Assembly: GCA_963744695.1 (NCBI GenBank)
Contig: CAVUUT010000016.1
Coordinates: forward strand, 22,238 to 86,237
Length of the DNA: 64,000 nucleotides
Origin: an uncultured Solirubrobacterales bacterium
Lineage (GTDB): Bacteria; Actinomycetota; Thermoleophilia; Solirubrobacterales; Solirubrobacteraceae
Direction: 5' to 3'
Made by a program: the position numbers and the translations under genes. Positions 33,074 to 46,653 of this stretch are shown one piece after another (positions within the stretch are counted from its first letter, which is position 1; each line of letters opens with the position of its first letter). The notes under the pieces are model-generated. The model was not told the origin of the DNA and did not search any database. It was given only the letters and a program-made list of their open reading frames with translations.

Positions 33074-34363
33074 TCAGCGCCCGATCCCCTCGTAGATGAA
33101 GCCGGCGTCGGCGACCACCTCGCGCTCGACGAAGTTTCGGCCGTCGATCACGAGCCGTCCCGCCATCCGCTCGTGGACGTCGTTCCAGTCAAGCTCGCCG
33201 AACTCGGGCCACTCGGTCACCAGAATGCAGGCATCGGCACCCTCGAGCGCCTCGAGCGCCGACGACGCGAAGTGCACCCCGGTCATCAGCTTGCGCGCCT
33301 GATCCTCGGCGATCGGGTCATACGCGCTGACCACCGCCCCCGCGGCCTGCAGGCGCGCGGCGAGAACCAGCGATGACGCCTCGCGCATGTCATCGGTCTG
33401 CGCCTTGAACGCGAGGCCCAGCAGCGTGATTCGCTTGCCGACCAGCGAGCCGAGGTGCTTCTCGAGCTTTCCGACCACGCGCCGCTTCTGCAGCTCGTTG
33501 ACCTCGATCACCGCGGTCAGCAGCTGGAAGTGATAGCCCGAGTTCCCGGCGAGCTGCTTGAGCGCCGACACATCTTTGGGAAAGCAGGACCCGCCGAAGC
33601 CGATCCCAGGCCGCAGAAAATGGCTGCCGATCCGCTGATCGAGCCCCATCCCGCGCGCGACCTCGGCCACATCGGCGCCCGTCTCCTCGCAAACGTTCGC
33701 GATCTCGTTGATGAACGAGATCTTGGTCGCCAGAAACGCGTTCGCCGCGAGCTTGACCATCTCGGCGCTCGCCACATCGGTGCGCACCAGCGGCGCGTCG
33801 AGCGGCTCATAGAGCTTGACGACCATGTCGCCGGCCCAGTTACCGTCGTCGCCGACGACGACTCGATCCGGCGCACGGAAGTCCTCGAGCGCCGAGCCCT
33901 CCTTGAGGAACTCGGGGCACGATGCGTACGCGAAGCCGTCCTTTCCCTGCGCGCGGAGCACGCGCTGGATCGCGGCTCCGGTCCCGACCGGCACGGTGGA
34001 CTTCATCACCAGCGCGTGCCCGTCCGAGGCGGGCATTTCGGCGACGACCGCGTTGACCGCCGACAGATCGGCGTCGCCCGAATATGTCGGCGGCGTTCCG
34101 ACCGCGACGAACAGCAGCCGGGCGTGTTCGAGCGCCGGCGCGAGCTCGGTCGAGAAGTGCAACCGCTCGCGGTTACGGGCCACCGACTCGGGGAGCCCCG
34201 GCTCGAAGATCGGGATCTCCCCGCGCTGCAGGCGCGCGATCTTGTCGGCGTCGACGTCGACGCACCACACGTCGCTGCCGAGCTCGGCGAACCCGACCGC
34301 CGTGACGAGCCCGACGTAGCCGGTGCCGATCACAGCGATCGGCTCGCGTGCGGACGTAGTCAT
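33074..34363 (-). CDS. ugd: UDP-glucose/GDP-mannose 6-dehydrogenase
   Basis: GTGYVG, VGTP, KSTVPVG, PEFLKEG, GFGGSCFPKD. Confidence 0.93.
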   Translation of the reverse strand: MTTSAREPIAVIGTGYVGLVTAVGFAELGSDVWCVDVDADKIARLQRGEIPIFEPGLPESVARNRERLHFSTELAPALEHARLLFVAVGTPPTYSGDADLSAVNAVVAEMPASDGHALVMKSTVPVGTGAAIQRVLRAQGKDGFAYASCPEFLKEGSALEDFRAPDRVVVGDDGNWAGDMVVKLYEPLDAPLVRTDVASAEMVKLAANAFLATKISFINEIANVCEETGADVAEVARGMGLDQRIGSHFLRPGIGFGGSCFPKDVSALKQLAGNSGYHFQLLTAVIEVNELQKRRVVGKLEKHLGSLVGKRITLLGLAFKAQTDDMREASSLVLAARLQAAGAVVSAYDPIAEDQARKLMTGVHFASSALEALEGADACILVTEWPEFGELDWNDVHERMAGRLVIDGRNFVEREVVADAGFIYEGIGR

Positions 34364-34432
34364 GACGGTGTCGCGCTCATCGAGCGCCAGAGCCTAGCGG
34401 GGTCGGTCGGCCGACGATCGGTGTCCGCGAGG

Positions 34433-35962
34433 CTATGCCCCGCGCGTCAAGGATGCCGCGATCGCGACCATCTGCGCGTTTGTGATGTCGGTCGTCAGCG
34501 TGTTGGAGATCCAGTAGACGCCCTGCGGGGTGTGCCAGGCGACGTTCGTCAGGCTGCCGCCCTGCGCGTAGAGGAACAGCTTGCGGCCGTTGACGATCCT
34601 CGTCCCGCTCGGGCTCCCCAGCAGCGGTGGGCTCTGCCAGGTGGTCCCCTGCACGCCGTAGTACTCGCCGAGCAGCGAGTTGAGCACTAGCGTCATCCGG
34701 TATGCGGGGTGCAGATGGCCCTGCTGATCGCGGATGTGGTAGCCGCGCGGGTAGGAGCCGACGTAGGCGGTCTCCGGCTCGTCGCCGTCATCGCAGTTCG
34801 CGGTCAAGCTCGTGCAGTACCCCGACCCCGCTGCCGACGTGATCAGCTTCGGGTAGTAGACCGGCATATTTACGTTGCGCAGCACCTGCGCCTGGGCCTT
34901 GCCGTCGGTCGTGTCCGCGATCAGGCCCGGCGGCGGTCCCTTCGCGTGCCGCGTGTGGGCTCCGAAGGTCGGATGCTTGCTCTTCGGTGCGGTGTGCGTC
35001 GCGCGCATGAACTCGGCGAACACGTGGTGCTCGGCCCCGGCGCTCGTCGGCGCGACGTAGCACGGCGTGGTTCCGGTCGGGTCACAGGGCAAAAACGTGG
35101 CCGGGAACTTGATCTGCTTGATCGTGCGCCCGTCGGAGAATGCGACCAGGTTGAACAGGTTGATCAGCCCGTCGGTCGTGTGCAGGTTGTGGTCGGTCTG
35201 CGTGTTCGCTCCGAAGATCCGCAGCAGTTTGTCGCGGTTGGCGATCAGGTTGTCGACCCCGTACTGGTCCTTGGCCCAGCGGATGAAGTCCTGCTGACGC
35301 GCGTTTCGTACGAGGTCGGAGTCGGTGTGGCGGAAGCGCACGAACTCGAGCGCCAGCGTCCCGCACAGCTTCTGGTACCCGGGCTGGATGTTGATCGACG
35401 AGAAGTTATCCGCCCCTAGGGCGCTGACGTTGTAGTAGCGGTGGTCGACGTCGGTGTAGACGCACCCGATCGCGTTGACCAGGTCCCTGAAGCCGCCGAA
35501 GTTGATGTCGACGATGTGGTTGACGTGCAGGCCGGGGAACACCTGCTGGCGCAGGGTCTTGATCAGCAGGTTCGTGCCCCCGAGCGTGTAGGCGCTGTTG
35601 ATCCTGGAGTTGCCGTAGCCCGGGATGTCGACCTCGAGGTCGCGCGGCACCGACAGCACGTTGATCGTCTGCGAGCTGGAGTTCAGGCGCACGAGCAGCA
35701 TCGTGTCCGTATTGGCGATCTTGTATGGCTCGCCCGCCCGGTGGTCGGAGCCGATGATCAGGATCGTCTGCGGCTGGCCGGGATTCGGCAGCGTCACGTT
35801 CGCGTTCGGGATCGCCGCCGTGATCGAGATGTCGGCCTCGAGCTGTCTGAACTGCAGCAGTCCGGCCACCGCCGTCGTCGCCGCGACCGCGCCGATCACG
35901 ATCACAGAGCCGATGAAGAAGCGCAGCAGCGCCCCGCCCCGTGTCCGTGGCATCAGTTTCAC
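34433..35962 (-). CDS. LCP (LytR-CpsA-Psr) cell-wall glycopolymer ligase with C-terminal extension
   Basis: ILIIGSD, TDTMLL, SVPRDL, INSAY, VRFRH..SDLVRNARQQ. Confidence 0.92.
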   Translation of the reverse strand: MKLMPRTRGGALLRFFIGSVIVIGAVAATTAVAGLLQFRQLEADISITAAIPNANVTLPNPGQPQTILIIGSDHRAGEPYKIANTDTMLLVRLNSSSQTINVLSVPRDLEVDIPGYGNSRINSAYTLGGTNLLIKTLRQQVFPGLHVNHIVDINFGGFRDLVNAIGCVYTDVDHRYYNVSALGADNFSSINIQPGYQKLCGTLALEFVRFRHTDSDLVRNARQQDFIRWAKDQYGVDNLIANRDKLLRIFGANTQTDHNLHTTDGLINLFNLVAFSDGRTIKQIKFPATFLPCDPTGTTPCYVAPTSAGAEHHVFAEFMRATHTAPKSKHPTFGAHTRHAKGPPPGLIADTTDGKAQAQVLRNVNMPVYYPKLITSAAGSGYCTSLTANCDDGDEPETAYVGSYPRGYHIRDQQGHLHPAYRMTLVLNSLLGEYYGVQGTTWQSPPLLGSPSGTRIVNGRKLFLYAQGGSLTNVAWHTPQGVYWISNTLTTDITNAQMVAIAASLTRGA

Positions 35963-37095
35963 GCCAGACCGCCCTCGATCGCGGTCAGGCCACCCGGTTC
36001 GTCATCACTCAAGCAGTTCGGCAATGAACGGACGAAATCTCCCAGGGCCCGGCGGTAGCGCGCCAGCGACAGGATCGAGACCCACTCGTCGGGCCCGTGG
36101 TGCCCGGCGCCCGAGGGCCCGAACTCGACCGCCGGGATCCCCACCTCGATGAACGAGGCGACATCCGATGCGCCGTCGCGGCCGACGCTCAGCGTCTCCA
36201 TGTCGGGCAGCGAGCGCGACAGCGCGTCGCGCAGGGCACGCACGTACGGGTTGGTCGGGGAGACCGTGACCGGCGGGTGGATGAAGGTCCGTTCGACGTC
36301 GATCTCGGGGATCGTACGCACCTGGGCGAGGATTTCGCCCGGGTCCTGGCCCGGCAGGTAGCGCACATCGACCGCCATTGCGCACCGGTCGGGCACCTTG
36401 TTGAGCGCGTCGCCGCCCTCGATCCGCCCGAGGTTGATCGAGGGGCGATCGAACATCTCCGAGGATTCGCGCGAGAACGGCAGTGACTCGATCTGGCGGA
36501 ACACGTCGATCGCCTTGAGCACCGCGTTGTCGCCCAGCCATGGGGTCGAGCTGTGGGCCGCGCGGCCGTGGACGACGATCCGCATCACGAGCACGCCCTT
36601 CGCCTGGACCCCGATGTGCATGTCGGTCGGCTCGCCGGTGATCGCGAAGTCGCCCCCGAGCCCGGCCGCGACGATCGCGTCGGTGGATCGCTCGTCGATC
36701 TCCTCGGACTCCTCGTCGGGGACGCATACGAGCCGCACCCGCACCTGGGCCTGGTCTTCGACGTCCTTGAGCGCGCACATCATCGCCGCCAGGCCGCCCT
36801 TCATGTCATAGGCCCCCCGGCCGATCAGCCGATCGCCCTCGAGTCGCGGCTCGAACTGCTCGGGACGCCCGGGAACGACGTCGAGATGGCCGTGGAGCAC
36901 GACACACGGAGCGTCGCGCGTGCTACGTCCAACCTCGGCGACCAGTACCGGCAACCCGTTGTGGTCGTGATCGTGCACCTCTATGTCGCGGGATTCGAGC
37001 CAACCCTTGACGAATCCTGCGGCTGCGACGAGATCGTCGGGGCGCGACGTGTCGTAGCGGATCAGCCGTTCGGCGAGGATGCGCTCGTCAACCAT
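35959..37095 (-). CDS. M20 family metallo-hydrolase (ArgE/DapE-like)
   Basis: GHLDVV, GRGAYDMKGG, DEE, GEPT, AHSS, GHHGPDE. Confidence 0.9.
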   Translation of the reverse strand: MVDERILAERLIRYDTSRPDDLVAAAGFVKGWLESRDIEVHDHDHNGLPVLVAEVGRSTRDAPCVVLHGHLDVVPGRPEQFEPRLEGDRLIGRGAYDMKGGLAAMMCALKDVEDQAQVRVRLVCVPDEESEEIDERSTDAIVAAGLGGDFAITGEPTDMHIGVQAKGVLVMRIVVHGRAAHSSTPWLGDNAVLKAIDVFRQIESLPFSRESSEMFDRPSINLGRIEGGDALNKVPDRCAMAVDVRYLPGQDPGEILAQVRTIPEIDVERTFIHPPVTVSPTNPYVRALRDALSRSLPDMETLSVGRDGASDVASFIEVGIPAVEFGPSGAGHHGPDEWVSILSLARYRRALGDFVRSLPNCLSDDEPGGLTAIEGGLA

Positions 37096-37162
37096 CTGCC
37101 GCGAAACGGTACGCGCCGCACTTGACGCGCAAATAAGGCGCGACCCCGGTTGGCCTCGGCAC

Positions 37163-37576
37163 TCAGGCGCCCTCGGCGACCTTGATGAACGTCTCCCAAC
37201 GGGTCTTGTCCCGCTGCGCCAGGCGCTGGCGCTCGGTGTCCTCGCCGGCCTGCTCGAGCTCGTGCTCGGCCTCCTGCAGGCGTGCACGGAGCTCGTCGAC
37301 ATCGAGCGCACCGGGTTCGTGGGCCTCCTCGACCAGCAGCAGCGCGTGGTTGGCGATCACCTGCAGGTAACCCTCGGCCTGGGCGAAGCGGACGATGTCG
37401 GTGTCGGACCTGTAGAGCCGCAGCTCGGTCGGGTCGAGCATCGCGAGCAGCGGCGCGTGGTTGGCGAGCACGCCGATCGAGCCGATCACGGTCTTGGTCG
37501 AGACCATCTCGACCTCGTCGGCGAACACCTGGCCCTCGGGGGTCAGGACCTCGACCGGAAATTTGCTGTGGGCCAC
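37163..37576 (-). CDS. atpC: ATP synthase F1 epsilon subunit
   Basis: VEVLTPEG, GSIGVLANHAPLL; operon position. Confidence 0.95.
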   Translation of the reverse strand: MAHSKFPVEVLTPEGQVFADEVEMVSTKTVIGSIGVLANHAPLLAMLDPTELRLYRSDTDIVRFAQAEGYLQVIANHALLLVEEAHEPGALDVDELRARLQEAEHELEQAGEDTERQRLAQRDKTRWETFIKVAEGA

Positions 37577-37579
37577 CGT

Positions 37580-39214
<1,635 letters not shown>

Positions 39215-39231
39215 TCAGCGCCTGTGTCTCG

Positions 39232-40149
39232 CTAGCCGAGGCCTTCGGCGCCGGCGACGACTTCCAAGATCTCCTGGGTGATTTCCGCCTGGCGGGCGCG
39301 GTTCATCTCCAACGTGTAATCCTCGATCAGCGTGCTCGCGTTCTCGGACGCGTTGCGCATCGCGGTCATCCGCGCGCCGTGCTCGGACGCGGTCGATTCA
39401 AGCAGAGCGCGGTAGATAGAAATCTCGACGTAGTCGGGCACCAGCCGCTTCAGGATCTCTACCGGATCGGGCTCGTACTCGACCGTGATCCGCGGGCGCG
39501 ACTCGCCGTCGGTCCGGGTAGCGCGCTCGTCTTCGTCCTCGTCTTCGGCGAGCACGGTCGCCCGCTGCAGCGGCAGCAGCGTCTCGCGCCGCACGATCTG
39601 AGACAGGGGCGAGATGTAGCCGTTGTAGAAGATCTCGACCTGGTCGACATCGTTGTCGACGTAGGCCGCCATCAGGCGCTCGGCGATCCGGCGTGCATCG
39701 GCGTACGCGGGCCGGTCCGAGAAGCCCGTGAAGCTCTGCACCGGCTCGAAGCCGCGGAACGCCAGCGACGACGCCGGCCGTCGGCCGGAGGCGAAGTAGG
39801 ACGTCGCACGACCCTCGGCGGCGTGCTCGCGCCCGGCCGCGATCCCGGCGCGGACGGCATTCGAGTTGAAGGCGCCCGCGAGGCCGCGATCGCCCGCGAT
39901 CACGAGCAGACCGACGTTCTTGGTCTGTTCGTGCTCGGTCAGGATCGGCAGCCGTGGCATGCTGCCCCCGGCGCGGGCCGCATCGCGCGTCATCCGCCGG
40001 ATCGCGTCGGCATACGGCCGCAGCGCCTCGATCCGCTGCTCGGCACGGCGCAGCCTGGCAGCGGCGACCATCTCCATCGCGCGGGTGATCTTCTGGATGT
40101 TCTTGACCGCGTCGATGCGGTTGCGAACGTCTCGCTGGGAGGTCGCCAC
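39232..40149 (-). CDS. atpG: ATP synthase F1 gamma subunit
   Basis: KITRAMEMVAAA, DRGLAGAFN, ARMTAM, RQAEITQEI. Confidence 0.97.
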   Translation of the reverse strand: MATSQRDVRNRIDAVKNIQKITRAMEMVAAARLRRAEQRIEALRPYADAIRRMTRDAARAGGSMPRLPILTEHEQTKNVGLLVIAGDRGLAGAFNSNAVRAGIAAGREHAAEGRATSYFASGRRPASSLAFRGFEPVQSFTGFSDRPAYADARRIAERLMAAYVDNDVDQVEIFYNGYISPLSQIVRRETLLPLQRATVLAEDEDEDERATRTDGESRPRITVEYEPDPVEILKRLVPDYVEISIYRALLESTASEHGARMTAMRNASENASTLIEDYTLEMNRARQAEITQEILEVVAGAEGLG

Positions 40150-40160
40150 GAGTAGCCCGC

Positions 40161-41822
<1,662 letters not shown>

Positions 41823-41850
41823 CTGTTCGTGTCTCCCCTTGGCGCGGCGT

Positions 41851-42381
41851 CTACGCCTGCGCGACTTGCTTTCGAAGTTGTTCTAGGCGGTTTCGGATCG
41901 AGGCATCGAGGATCAGGTTGCCCACCCGTAAGACGATCCCCCCGAGAATCTCGGGGTCGACCTCGCTCGAGAGCTCGATCTTGCGGTCAACCTGCTCGCC
42001 GATCCGATCCCCGAGGCTCTTGACCGTCTCGGGGTCGAGCTCGACCGCGCTGACGATCTGGACCGGCAGCAACTTGCGGGCCTCGTCCCACAGCGAGGTG
42101 AACTCGGTCCGGATCCGGAAGATCGCGGGCATCCGGTGGCGCTCGATCAGGGCCTCGAGAAAGTTCTCGAACTCGGGATTGGCGCCCGTGACGGCCCGCT
42201 CGAGACCGTCCTTCTTCTCGGTCACCGAGAAGTACGGCGAAAAGAAGAACACCATCAGGTCGCGGTTGTCATGCATCGCGTCGGCGAACGCGTCGAGCTG
42301 CTCGCGAATCTCATCGAGCGAGTCATGCTCGGACGCGACCTCGAACAGGGCGCGCGCATAGACCTGACCGATCTCTTCCAC
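41851..42381 (-). CDS. atpH: ATP synthase delta subunit
   Basis: YARALF...[20 protein letters not shown]. Confidence 0.95.
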   Translation of the reverse strand: MEEIGQVYARALFEVASEHDSLDEIREQLDAFADAMHDNRDLMVFFFSPYFSVTEKKDGLERAVTGANPEFENFLEALIERHRMPAIFRIRTEFTSLWDEARKLLPVQIVSAVELDPETVKSLGDRIGEQVDRKIELSSEVDPEILGGIVLRVGNLILDASIRNRLEQLRKQVAQA

Positions 42382-42930
42382 TTATCGCTGTCCCTCTGAC
42401 GCTCCGAGCGTGCTGAAGTCCAGCTCGGACATCGCGTCGTCGATCAGGCGGCGCTGGTCGTCCTCGGTGAGCGTCTTGCGGGTCACCTTTTCGGTCGCCA
42501 TCACCGTCAGGTCCGCGACCTCCTTACGGATCTCCTGGATCGCGCGCCGGGTCTCGGCCTCTATATCGCGCCGCGTCTGTTCCATCGCCTGCTCGCGCTT
42601 GGCCTTTGCCTCCTCCTGCGCCTCACGCTCGTGGACGTCGGCCGCCTGCCGAGCCCGGGAGACGATCTCATCCGCCTGGCCGCGGGCCTCCTTGAGCCGT
42701 TCGCGATAGTCGTCGAGCAGCTGCTGGGCCTCCTGGCGCGTCTTCTCGGCGGCGTCGATCGACTCGTCGATCTTCTGGGCACGGGAGTCGAGCGCGTCAC
42801 GCAGTCGCGGATAGACGGCCTTGCTGAGGATGTAGAGCGAGATCGCGAACACGACCAGGGTCCAGATCATCAGCCCCACGTTGGGGGTGATCAGGAACGA
42901 GCCGCTGGAGGCGATCGGGAGAACTGGCAT
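42382..42930 (-). CDS. atpF: ATP synthase Fo b subunit
   Basis: N-terminal TM followed by a charged coiled coil; operon position. Confidence 0.95.
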   Translation of the reverse strand: MPVLPIASSGSFLITPNVGLMIWTLVVFAISLYILSKAVYPRLRDALDSRAQKIDESIDAAEKTRQEAQQLLDDYRERLKEARGQADEIVSRARQAADVHEREAQEEAKAKREQAMEQTRRDIEAETRRAIQEIRKEVADLTVMATEKVTRKTLTEDDQRRLIDDAMSELDFSTLGASEGQR

Positions 42931-42936
42931 GGCGGC

Positions 42937-43212
42937 CTAGAGGAAGAAGGCGATGAACCCGCCCACGAGGCCGTAGAAGAACGTCGCCTCGGTGAGTGCG
43001 AATCCGAGCCACTGGATCGAGGTGATCTCGTCTCGCATCTCCGGCTGGCGGGTGACCGATTCGATCACGCTGCCGAACAGGAAACCGATGCCGGCGCCTG
43101 CGCCCGCGGCACCGCCTCCGGCGCCGACGCCGAGCGCGATCGCACGGCCAGCCTTCGTGACGTCGCCGGTCGTCGCGAGAGTTAGTAGTGGGTGCAGCAG
43201 TGAGAACAACAT
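42937..43212 (-). CDS. atpE: ATP synthase Fo c subunit
   Basis: Gly-rich helix, RQPE loop, conserved Glu in FALTEA. Confidence 0.95.
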   Translation of the reverse strand: MLFSLLHPLLTLATTGDVTKAGRAIALGVGAGGGAAGAGAGIGFLFGSVIESVTRQPEMRDEITSIQWLGFALTEATFFYGLVGGFIAFFL

Positions 43213-43236
43213 GGCTCGATAGCTCCTTATACGTGA

Positions 43237-44157
43237 CTAGTGGCTGGAGACCGCGCCACCGATATAGATGGCAGTCAGGATCGCAAAGATGAACGCCTGC
43301 AGGCCGGCGATCAGGATGGCCTCGAACAGGAAGATGGCGACGCCAAGCGGCAGCAGCGCCCACGACACGACCGTCTGCCCGACGAGCACGCCGAGCTCAC
43401 CGCCCATGAAGCCGATCAGCAGATGGCCGGCGAGCAGGTTGGCCCACAGCCGGACGGTCAGGGAGATCAGACGGAGGAAGATCGACAGCACCTCGATCAC
43501 CGCGATCAGCGGCAACAGGCCCTTGCCGATCCCCGCTGGGATCAGGCTCTTGAAGTAACCGCCGAGCCCGTGGTACTTGATCCCCTCGTAGTTGAAGATC
43601 ACGAACACGCTGAGCGCGAGGATCAGCGGGAAGGCGACATTGGTATCCACCGCGTAGAGCTGGAACGACGGCAGATGAGCGCCGAACAGCGTGAACTTGT
43701 CAATCGTGTTGACCGGGAGCGGTATGTAACCGATCAGGTTCGTGACGAGGATGAACACGAACAGGGTCGCGATGAACGGGAAGTACTTCTTCTCGAGCTG
43801 GCGGCTCATGTTGTCGGTCGCCAGGCCGCGGGTCAGGCCGTAGAAGCCCTCGACGACGACCTGGAGGCGACCCGGGCGCTCCTGCAGGTGATCGGCCGCG
43901 TAGACCATGATCCCGATCGTCAGCGCCACCGTGATCAGCAGGTACAGGACGCCCTTGTTGAAGGCGATCGGGCCGAGGCTGAACCACGTGTCGAGCTTGA
44001 ACTCGTTTGTAGGCGAGAACACGCCGCTCGCGACGTCGGGCGCCTTGTGCGCCGTGACCCCGTAGATGACCGCGAAGAAGATGATCCCGATCAGCCATAC
44101 GGCGAGGACCGAGTAACCGATCTTCTTGCCGGTGCTCATCGTCTCCAAGCGGCTCAT
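43237..44157 (-). CDS. atpB: ATP synthase Fo a subunit
   Basis: LTVRLWANLLAGH, LQAFIFAILTAIYI. Confidence 0.95.
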   Translation of the reverse strand: MSRLETMSTGKKIGYSVLAVWLIGIIFFAVIYGVTAHKAPDVASGVFSPTNEFKLDTWFSLGPIAFNKGVLYLLITVALTIGIMVYAADHLQERPGRLQVVVEGFYGLTRGLATDNMSRQLEKKYFPFIATLFVFILVTNLIGYIPLPVNTIDKFTLFGAHLPSFQLYAVDTNVAFPLILALSVFVIFNYEGIKYHGLGGYFKSLIPAGIGKGLLPLIAVIEVLSIFLRLISLTVRLWANLLAGHLLIGFMGGELGVLVGQTVVSWALLPLGVAIFLFEAILIAGLQAFIFAILTAIYIGGAVSSH

Positions 44158-44531
44158 TCCGGCGCGCTCCGTTTGCGGGGCGGCCCGCTCGCGACCCTGA
44201 TCAAAAAGGCGACCGAGTAGGCCCCGAAGATGACCAACGCTGCCGTCAGGCCGTCGGGCCGCCCGACCGCCACGCCGGCGATCACGATCGCCCCGGCCAG
44301 CAGCCAGATACGTCCGAAGCCCTCGAACAGGTTGAACGCGAGCTCGCGCCGCGGATCGCTCATGCCGGCGGTCCAGCGCTTGTCGGTTTCACCGAGGATC
44401 CGCTGCGCGATCCACGCGACGCCGCCGATCACGGCGCCCAGCACAGGCGCGCCGAGGGCGATCGCGACCGGCACGCCGATCACAACGAGGACGATGTCGA
44501 GGTACCGAAGGAGAATCCGCGGTGCGGTCAT
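44154..44531 (-). CDS. AtpI-like membrane protein
   Basis: About 125 aa with four hydrophobic segments; directly upstream of atpB with an ATGA overlap. Confidence 0.7.
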   Translation of the reverse strand: MTAPRILLRYLDIVLVVIGVPVAIALGAPVLGAVIGGVAWIAQRILGETDKRWTAGMSDPRRELAFNLFEGFGRIWLLAGAIVIAGVAVGRPDGLTAALVIFGAYSVAFLIRVASGPPRKRSAPE

Positions 44532-44761
44532 CCGACGCTTTCCGGCGCCGACGGCGGCGCCTACCGCCAACGGGGCATCTCCGGCCCACCGGGCGGCTGC
44601 ACACGATCGGCACAGGGGCACGGGCAGGCGGTCTCGATGAGGGCAGAAAAGCTAGTCAAGTCTTGGAACCGGTAGCGGGGCTACTGGGACGGGCGGGCAA
44701 TCGTACCCAATGCGTTCCGAGGGCTAAGCGCCCCCTAAAGGTGCACGACGAACGCGCTCTC

Positions 44762-44804
44762 AATATAGCGGGTCGGGCTCATGTTTGTAACACGCTTGTA
44801 ACAC
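44762..44804 (-). promoter_or_regulatory. Putative atp operon promoter with an 11-bp-period direct repeat
   Basis: Minus strand GTGTTACAA-GC-GTGTTACAA; TTACAA-17 nt-TATATT. Confidence 0.6.
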
Positions 44805-44920
44805 TTTCGTCGGCAGTCGAAAATGCCCTCGATGGGGCCCAAATCGGCCAGCCGACGGCGGTTCCGGTCGATCCGCGGCCGTTTCGCGCTCAGCTGCTAC
44901 GGCGCCCGCGGCGCGGGCGT

Positions 44921-46213
44921 TCAGGAGCGCGCTTGCGGGTAAGCGCTTCCCGGCTTACGCGCCGCCGTGGGGCTCGGGTCGTCGGCCACCTCGTAGACGC
45001 TCGGCGCGCGCGCCGGCAGCAGCTGGACGAGTGCCAGCGCGATGATCGGGAACACGACCAGCAGCTCGAACACCGACCGCAGCCCGTGGTTGTCGGCGAA
45101 GATCCCCAGCAGCGGTGCGCCGATCCCGCCGAGCCCGATCGACAATCCGATCGTCACGCCCGAGGCGACGCCGATCCGCCCCGGCAGGTACTCCTGGCCC
45201 ATCACGATCGTGACCGCGAACGTGGCGATCGTCACCGCGCCGGCGACGGCCGCGATCGCGATCGCTAGTACCGGACCTGCGAGCAGGAAGCCGACGATCA
45301 GGGGCGGTAGCGCGACCATCGAGCCGCGCAGCACCGCCCGGCGACCGAAACGGTCGGCGAGCGGGCCGCCGATCAGGGTCCCGGCCGCTCCCCCGACGAG
45401 CATCGCGGTCAGCGCCGCCGAAGCGACCGCCTTGCTCGTGTGCAGGTCGTGGACGAAGTACAACGGAAGGAAGGTCACGAACCCGAAATAGACGAACGAC
45501 CTCAGCGCGATCACCGCTGCGAGGATGATGAACGGGCGCCACGCCTCGTTGCCGTCTGACCGCTGCACGCGGCCGCCCTCGAGGTCGGGGCGGAAGCGCT
45601 TCAGTCGCGGCAGCTCGTGGACGAGCACGGCCGACATCAGCCACGCCGGCACGATCAGGAACAGGGTCCCATGGAGCCCGAACACCAGCACCAGCGGCGT
45701 CACGAGCACGGGCCCGAGCGCGAATCCGATGTTGCCGCCGACGCTGAACAGGCTCATCCCGCTCGAGCGCCGCGAGCCCGAGACGTAGTTCGCAAAGCGC
45801 GAGCCCTCGGGGTGAAACGACGCGACGCCGATCCCGCTCAGCAGCACGACCGCGAACGTGAACGCGTAGTTGGGCGCGACCCCGATCAGCGCCACACCGA
45901 GCCCACCGAGCGCCGGCCCGAGCGGCATCAGCCACGGCAGCGAGCGGCGATCGGAGATGTGGCCGAACAGCGGCTGGATCACCGAGCTCGAGATCGTCGC
46001 CGCGAGCACGAGCGCCGAGACGCTCGCGTAGTTGAGGTGGTCGCGGGTGATCAGAAACGGCAGCAGCGCCGGGATCGAGCCCTGCCCGACGTCGGTGAAC
46101 AGGTGCCCGGCGGAGAGGACCGCCATCGCGCGCCGGTCGACGCCGGCCCGCGTCTGCGGCGCCCGACGCTCGCCGTCCTGCGCGCCCGGCGACGGCGTCG
46201 TGACGGCGCTCAT
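44921..46213 (-). CDS. MFS transporter (Fsr-like)
   Basis: GHLFTD, QPLFGHISDR, FHPEG, GGNIGFALGP; 12 TM. Confidence 0.9.
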   Translation of the reverse strand: MSAVTTPSPGAQDGERRAPQTRAGVDRRAMAVLSAGHLFTDVGQGSIPALLPFLITRDHLNYASVSALVLAATISSSVIQPLFGHISDRRSLPWLMPLGPALGGLGVALIGVAPNYAFTFAVVLLSGIGVASFHPEGSRFANYVSGSRRSSGMSLFSVGGNIGFALGPVLVTPLVLVFGLHGTLFLIVPAWLMSAVLVHELPRLKRFRPDLEGGRVQRSDGNEAWRPFIILAAVIALRSFVYFGFVTFLPLYFVHDLHTSKAVASAALTAMLVGGAAGTLIGGPLADRFGRRAVLRGSMVALPPLIVGFLLAGPVLAIAIAAVAGAVTIATFAVTIVMGQEYLPGRIGVASGVTIGLSIGLGGIGAPLLGIFADNHGLRSVFELLVVFPIIALALVQLLPARAPSVYEVADDPSPTAARKPGSAYPQARS

Positions 46214-46653
46214 TACGAGTTTTCGCGGATACGCCGCTTGACCAGCTTCTGCTTTTCCTCGAGCTCGGCGGCGAGCTCGGTGAGCTCCTGCAGACGTCCC
46301 CGAACGAGGTCGAGCTGCGTCCCGATGTGGCGCAGCGAGCTTTCGAGGATTCGCTTGCGGTCGGCCGCGGACTCGGTCTGCTGATACTTTCGCCGCAGAT
46401 CGGCGCGCGCGGTCTCGGCCTCGAGCAGCTGCGAGAGCTGCTCGAGCGAGAGCCCCAGCAGATCACGGAGGCGGAGGATCTCCTTGACGCGGTCGACGTC
46501 GCCCTGCGTGTAGAAGCGGTGTTTGCCCTGCGTGCGCTCGCTGCCGCCGCCGAGCAGGCCGATCTCCTCGTAATAGCGGATCGTGCGCGGCGTCGTGCCG
46601 GTCAGCTCAGCGAGCTCACCGATGCGCAGCGTGCGCTCGACGGTCGCGCTCAC
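46213..46653 (-). CDS. MerR-family transcriptional regulator
   Basis: LRIGELAELTGTTPRTIRYYEEIGLL HTH followed by a coiled coil. Confidence 0.93.
   Translation of the reverse strand: MSATVERTLRIGELAELTGTTPRTIRYYEEIGLLGGGSERTQGKHRFYTQGDVDRVKEILRLRDLLGLSLEQLSQLLEAETARADLRRKYQQTESAADRKRILESSLRHIGTQLDLVRGRLQELTELAAELEEKQKLVKRRIRENS

Noticed and set aside
42937-43212. Na+-coupled ATP synthase
   Set aside because: The c subunit has E-A-T-x-x-Y but lacks the helix-1 Gln/Glu and the Ser after Glu, so it is likely H+-coupled.
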